A DNA stretch of 10,516 bases, taken from an uncultured Deferribacteres bacterium (GTDB taxonomy: Bacteria; Zhuqueibacterota; Zhuqueibacteria; Zhuqueibacterales; Geothermadaptataceae). The translations under genes and the position numbers were made by a program. The stretch is from positions 1-10,516 of the forward strand of contig CAXHAT010000241.1 in the NCBI GenBank assembly GCA_964014485.1, given 5' to 3'. Numbering within the stretch: the stretch's first letter is position 1; each line of letters opens with the position of its first letter. Below the pieces are notes generated by a model. The model had not been told where the DNA came from, made no database searches, and was given only the letters and a program-made list of their open reading frames with translations. Shown one piece after another: positions 6,833 to 10,516 of the stretch.

Positions 6833-9433
6833 TTATTCTCCCAAAAACGCCTTTGGGACTTGCGGCATAGCGCACCAGTCGGCGATTTTATTGTACTGCT
6901 TCGCCACGTCCTGCGCAATTTTGACCCCGCCCTTAATCTTGTCGAGCGTTTTGCCCGCCGACGTGCTCGCGTCGTTCACTTCGTCCAGAAACCGGCGGAC
7001 TTTGTTCATCACACCTTTGTTTTTGACCTCTTCCGGCGTTTTGGCTGACTCCAGTTTTTGCACACGATTTTGCATCGTCGCGAGTTCTCCCGCCAACTCT
7101 TTTCCCGGCGCGCCTAATTCTTCCGCTTCGTCCTGCAATTCGTTCAAGCTGCTCTGCAAGCCCGAAAGATGAAGCGCAAAATTGATCTGCGCCGAAGTCT
7201 GGCTGCGACTCTCTGCATTCGCCGAAACATGAATGTGCGGGTTGACTTCAATTTTTGGCGCGAAGCGAAGACCGCCCCTTTCATCCCTTCTCAACTCGTC
7301 AGACTCGAAATCGCGCGGATCGCTCACGCCTTCCAATAATTCGAACACCGAAACGCGCTCTTTGAGCCCCTGCGGCACAAATTTTTCTTCGCCCAATTCC
7401 AGCAAATTGTACAAATGCTCCAGTTCGACCGCCACTTCCAGACGCCAGGGAATCGGGACCATTTCTTCAACCTTGAGATTGCGGAAATTGCGTTTGTGAA
7501 CGCCGCGCAGCTCCGCACGAATCTCGCCTAAAAACTCCTTGCGCAAATGCGCCGGGCCGGTGAGCCGGATATTGATCACTTTCAGGCCTTCCATCTCTTC
7601 CTGCACAACAAGCGCGCGCACGCCGTTTTTTTGCAACACCGCGCCGCGCACCCAAACCGCCTCGTCCGCGCCCTCGCCTTCAATCCATTCGTGCATGCGC
7701 ACGATGAGGCGCGAAATCACGCCGTGCGGCATAAACGGATATTGAAAACGAAAATGAAGATTATTCTCGTCGCTCCAGTCAAACTTGGGGCGCGTAGCGG
7801 GCAGCAATTGCGGCGCAATGTAAGTCTCTTTCTTTGCGCCTTCCAATGGATAACACAACTCAAAATTGTTTTTCAACATCAAGCTAAGAAAATTGTGCCG
7901 CTCCTCGCTGGAGTAGCCTTTTTTGCCCCAAAGCCCAAACATCCACTTGCGCGTAAAGCGCCCGCTGTTCTTTTTGGCGTAATCCGATTCCAGAATCGCA
8001 TACACCGCGTTGACCACCCACTGCGGATTGAGAAACACCGTGTTCCGCAGCGCCGAATCCTCCTCAAAGTGCAGAATCACGCCGAGATCGTGCAGATAGC
8101 CGCTCAACTGCAATTGGTCGCTCTCCCGCTTCAGCCCGTGTTTGCGGCAAATCTCAAAATAGTCTTCCAGCTTAATGTAATGCTCGCCGCGCTGTTGGTC
8201 CAGTTCTCCGCGAATGGGAATCCACGAGGCCGGCAGTTCCGCGCCGACGTGCGGCAGATTGCGCAGCGTGTTTTGAATTTTCTCGCGCAAAACATGAAAG
8301 CGTTTCAGCGATTTTTCTGAAAGATCGACCTCGCACCGATCCAGCGGGAAATGCCGCTCAAAACTCTTGCGGTAGGTCTCATAATCAAAATTGGTGATTT
8401 TATTGCCGTCTTTTTCGTTGAGCACAACCAGCACCGGACTGGCGCCGCCCAGGGTTTTGAGAATATTGAACCAATAGTCGAAATGCGTGTTCTGCTTGCG
8501 ATCGTCCGCCACCAGCACGTAGCAGGCGCGCGAAGTGAGAAAGAACTGGTGCGTCATGTACTGAATTTCCTGCCCGCCGAAGTCCCATAGGTTGGCCGAA
8601 AACGCGCCCGAGGGCGCCGCCTCGCATGAAAAGCGCCAGCCCGTTTTGACCGTGATACCGGTCGTTGAAGGCTCCTTGCACGGTACCTCGTAGTTCTCAT
8701 CGAGCAGTTTTTTCATCAATGAGGTTTTGCCCGCCGCTGGCTGGCCTATAAACATGAGCTTAGCCTCAAACAAACGTTTAACTCCTTGCGCGCTTTTGAG
8801 TCGGTAATAACTTTGAATCGCAGCGATGCCATTTTCAACAATTACTAGCGGTGGTTCGATGATTGGGTTTTTCAAAACTCGTAGCACTTTCAAGTTCTTT
8901 AGCAGTGAAACATGATAAGGAATCTTAGCAAGATTATTCGCTTCCAAATCGAGTACAATTAGGTTTTTCAGCCTAGATAAATGTTTAGGAATCTCCGAAA
9001 TACGGTTATCGCTCAAAAAAAGCGAAGTCAATTCTTCTAACATAGATAAACACTCGGGAATCTCAGAAAGCTGATTGTAGCTCAATGAAAGCGTAGTCAA
9101 ATGTCTGAGTCGTACTATAGAATCAGGAATATTGGAAATCTTATTATAAGTCAAGTCGAGCGTAGTCAACTGTCTGAGTTCCGTTATATGTACTGGAATT
9201 TCAGTTATCTGAGTGTAGACCAAAACGAGAGTAGTCAGATTTTGAAGTCGCGTAATCTTCTCAGGAATTTCGGAAATTGGATTATAGGTTAAATTGAGAG
9301 AGACAAGATGCGGGAGTTGCAAAAGTTCTTCGGGCACTTCTGTCAATCCACTTGAATTCAAATCGAGAGTTTCGGCATTTTCGCGTTTGGCTCTTTCGAT
9401 TTTATCGAGAATATACTGCGGCGTTTTCGACAT
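6833..9433 (-). CDS. Prokaryotic Roco protein (LRR - Roc GTPase - COR - helical C-terminal region)
   Basis: About 8 LRRs of 23 aa capped by NPIIEPP. P-loop GQPAAGKTS, G2 STTGI, G3 WDFGGQE, YMTHQFFLT. COR motifs LPASW, YLHDLGVILHF, VFLNPQWV, FELCY, PFMPHGVISRLIVRMH. Confidence 0.95.
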   Translation of the reverse strand: MSKTPQYILDKIERAKRENAETLDLNSSGLTEVPEELLQLPHLVSLNLTYNPISEIPEKITRLQNLTTLVLVYTQITEIPVHITELRQLTTLDLTYNKISNIPDSIVRLRHLTTLSLSYNQLSEIPECLSMLEELTSLFLSDNRISEIPKHLSRLKNLIVLDLEANNLAKIPYHVSLLKNLKVLRVLKNPIIEPPLVIVENGIAAIQSYYRLKSAQGVKRLFEAKLMFIGQPAAGKTSLMKKLLDENYEVPCKEPSTTGITVKTGWRFSCEAAPSGAFSANLWDFGGQEIQYMTHQFFLTSRACYVLVADDRKQNTHFDYWFNILKTLGGASPVLVVLNEKDGNKITNFDYETYRKSFERHFPLDRCEVDLSEKSLKRFHVLREKIQNTLRNLPHVGAELPASWIPIRGELDQQRGEHYIKLEDYFEICRKHGLKRESDQLQLSGYLHDLGVILHFEEDSALRNTVFLNPQWVVNAVYAILESDYAKKNSGRFTRKWMFGLWGKKGYSSEERHNFLSLMLKNNFELCYPLEGAKKETYIAPQLLPATRPKFDWSDENNLHFRFQYPFMPHGVISRLIVRMHEWIEGEGADEAVWVRGAVLQKNGVRALVVQEEMEGLKVINIRLTGPAHLRKEFLGEIRAELRGVHKRNFRNLKVEEMVPIPWRLEVAVELEHLYNLLELGEEKFVPQGLKERVSVFELLEGVSDPRDFESDELRRDERGGLRFAPKIEVNPHIHVSANAESRSQTSAQINFALHLSGLQSSLNELQDEAEELGAPGKELAGELATMQNRVQKLESAKTPEEVKNKGVMNKVRRFLDEVNDASTSAGKTLDKIKGGVKIAQDVAKQYNKIADWCAMPQVPKAFLGE
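8849..9376 (-). repeat. Leucine-rich repeat coding region (about 8 x 69 bp, divergent)
   Basis: LxxLxLxxNxIxxIPxxIxxLxx units at 23-residue spacing, residues ~20-195 of the Roco ORF. Confidence 0.9.
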
Positions 9434-9530
9434 GGCTGGTCGTCCCCGGGCGTTGGTTGTTTATTGGGTTTCGAGCTTCGCCCTAAAGTAAAAAAACATT
9501 TCCCCAAATCCGCAACCGAAAACCCAACAA

Positions 9531-9662
9531 GGAGTGCAAAGCTTGCTTTGCTTCTCAAACGCCCAAAAGTCCAAACGTAGAATTTCCCGGCAAATCTTTT
9601 TTTCAAAAGAGCAAATTCCATCCAAAGCCTGCCACGGAAAGGCAAGGCAAGCCTTGCACTCC
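9531..9662. repeat. REP doublet (REPIN-like unit 1, 132 bp)
   Basis: REP(+) 9531-9551, 90-bp spacer, REP(-) 9642-9662. Confidence 0.93.
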
Positions 9663-9673
9663 TCCACCAAAAA

Positions 9674-9795
9674 GGAGTGCAAAGCTTGCTTTGCCTCTCA
9701 AGCGCCCAAACGTAGAATTTTCCGGCAAATATTTTTCAAAAGAGCAAATCCCAACCAAAGCCTGCGATGGGAAAGCAAGGCAAGCCTCGCACTCC
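9674..9795. repeat. REP doublet (REPIN-like unit 2, 122 bp)
   Basis: REP(+) 9674-9694, 80-bp spacer, REP(-) 9775-9795. Direct repeat of unit 1 with an 8-bp deletion and a shorter T-run. Confidence 0.93.
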
Positions 9796-9802
9796 TTGTT
9801 CA

Positions 9803-10348
9803 TCAAAAATCATCGTCCTTCGCTTCATTAAGTACCAAACTTCTATATCCCGCATATTTTCGAAATTGTCTTTCCATATCGGCGCGGCCAATCTCCGTCA
9901 ACGTCTCGTGAAAACTGGAGAACGGGTAGTCTTTCAAATCCGCGACGTACCCGTGCTTTATCGGATTGTAAAACAAGTAGTTGAGCCGCGTTCGATAGTC
10001 GGTTTCGTTGCGCGGACAGTAATCCCAATAATTCCACCACACGGGCGTCTCGCATCCGGTCGCGCCTCGAATTTCGATCCCTGAAAGGCTGTGAATTTTC
10101 CTGAAAATCGCCGACAAATCACAGCCTTTTTCGCTGACGCCCATGAGGTGGTAATGATTATCAAGAATCACCCAATGTTGAAGCCGCCAATCGTAATTTT
10201 CAAATTGTTCTCGAATCAATTCGAGAAGCCGTTCTTTGATTTCGGAAGAAGCGAGAAGCTTTCGCTTGCGGTAAATCGCACCAGTTATAAAATACGGCGT
10301 GTTGTCTGCAAAAAAATGCGATGGAGTATGCGCATGTTTTTGGTGCAT
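9803..10348 (-). CDS. rayT: REP-associated tyrosine transposase (RAYT / TnpA-REP, Y1 HUH family)
   Basis: YFIT motif, HUH motif WVILDNHYHL, WWNYWD, catalytic Y in NYLFYNPIKHG, YPFSS. AAAGGGGG SD upstream. Flanked by REPs in inverted orientation. Confidence 0.93.
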   Translation of the reverse strand: MHQKHAHTPSHFFADNTPYFITGAIYRKRKLLASSEIKERLLELIREQFENYDWRLQHWVILDNHYHLMGVSEKGCDLSAIFRKIHSLSGIEIRGATGCETPVWWNYWDYCPRNETDYRTRLNYLFYNPIKHGYVADLKDYPFSSFHETLTEIGRADMERQFRKYAGYRSLVLNEAKDDDF

Positions 10349-10437
10349 GGAACGCCCCCTTTGGAAGTTTCATTTTACAAATGGAGAAAAGGAAGTACTC
10401 GACATACAAAAAGACAAGTTTTGAGAGACAGAAAAAA

Positions 10438-10516
10438 GGAGTGCAAGGCTTGCCTTGCCTTTCAAGCGCTCAAATATCCAAATGTAGAATTTTCCGGCAA
10501 ATCCTTTCCAAAAGAG
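10438..10516. repeat. REP doublet unit 3 (truncated by window end)
   Basis: REP(+) GGAGTGCAAGGCTTGCCTTGC at 10438-10458, followed by the same spacer (caagcgc..caaa..gtagaattttccggcaaat..caaaagag). Confidence 0.9.

Noticed and set aside
7547..8320. 257-aa + strand ORF and other long antisense ORFs (3517-4026, 779-1174, 1273-1653)
   Set aside because: They are shadow frames opposite well-supported genes, as expected from codon bias.
8849..9376. Diversity-generating retroelement acting on the LRRs
   Set aside because: No reverse transcriptase and no template/variable repeat pair differing at adenines in this window.
9531..9795. Possible CRISPR array
   Set aside because: Repeats alternate in orientation, spacers are near-identical rather than unique, no cas genes are present, and the adjacent RAYT explains them as REPs.
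9358..10084. ORFs 9358-9645, 9461-9682, 9534-9911, 9603-9806, 9767-10084
   Set aside because: They are translations of the REP array or antisense to rayT, with no recognisable protein features.
9803..10348. IS200/IS605 TnpA insertion sequence
   Set aside because: No tnpB, multiple flanking REPs, and RAYT-type motifs (YFIT, NPIKHG, YPFSS) favour a RAYT.

Overview
Bacterial accessory region (about 50% GC by eye, with two clearly AT-richer patches). The + strand carries two ECF sigma/anti-sigma modules. Module 1 is sigma plus a zinc-finger/TM/FecR-like anti-sigma. Module 2 is sigma plus a zinc-finger/TM/HEAT anti-sigma and two secreted DUF4097-like paralogs. Between them is a low-GC TerB-like membrane protein gene, bracketed by a truncated and an intact copy of a DUF488/YeaO-family gene. 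The - strand carries a prokaryotic Roco protein (LRR-Roc-COR plus helical tail) whose LRR half is much lower in GC than its GTPase half. It also carries a REP-associated tyrosine transposase (RAYT) embedded in a direct-repeat array of ~130-bp REP doublets (GGAGTGCAARGCTTGCYTTGC). One perfect and one degenerate copy of this REP lie at gene-module boundaries 3-6 kb away. Three other palindromic or periodic repeat types occur, one of them in frame inside an ORF. The main hypothesis is that RAYT/REP-delimited modules include a Roco gene with a swapped LRR sensor region. All family assignments come from motif recognition by eye; no searches were run.
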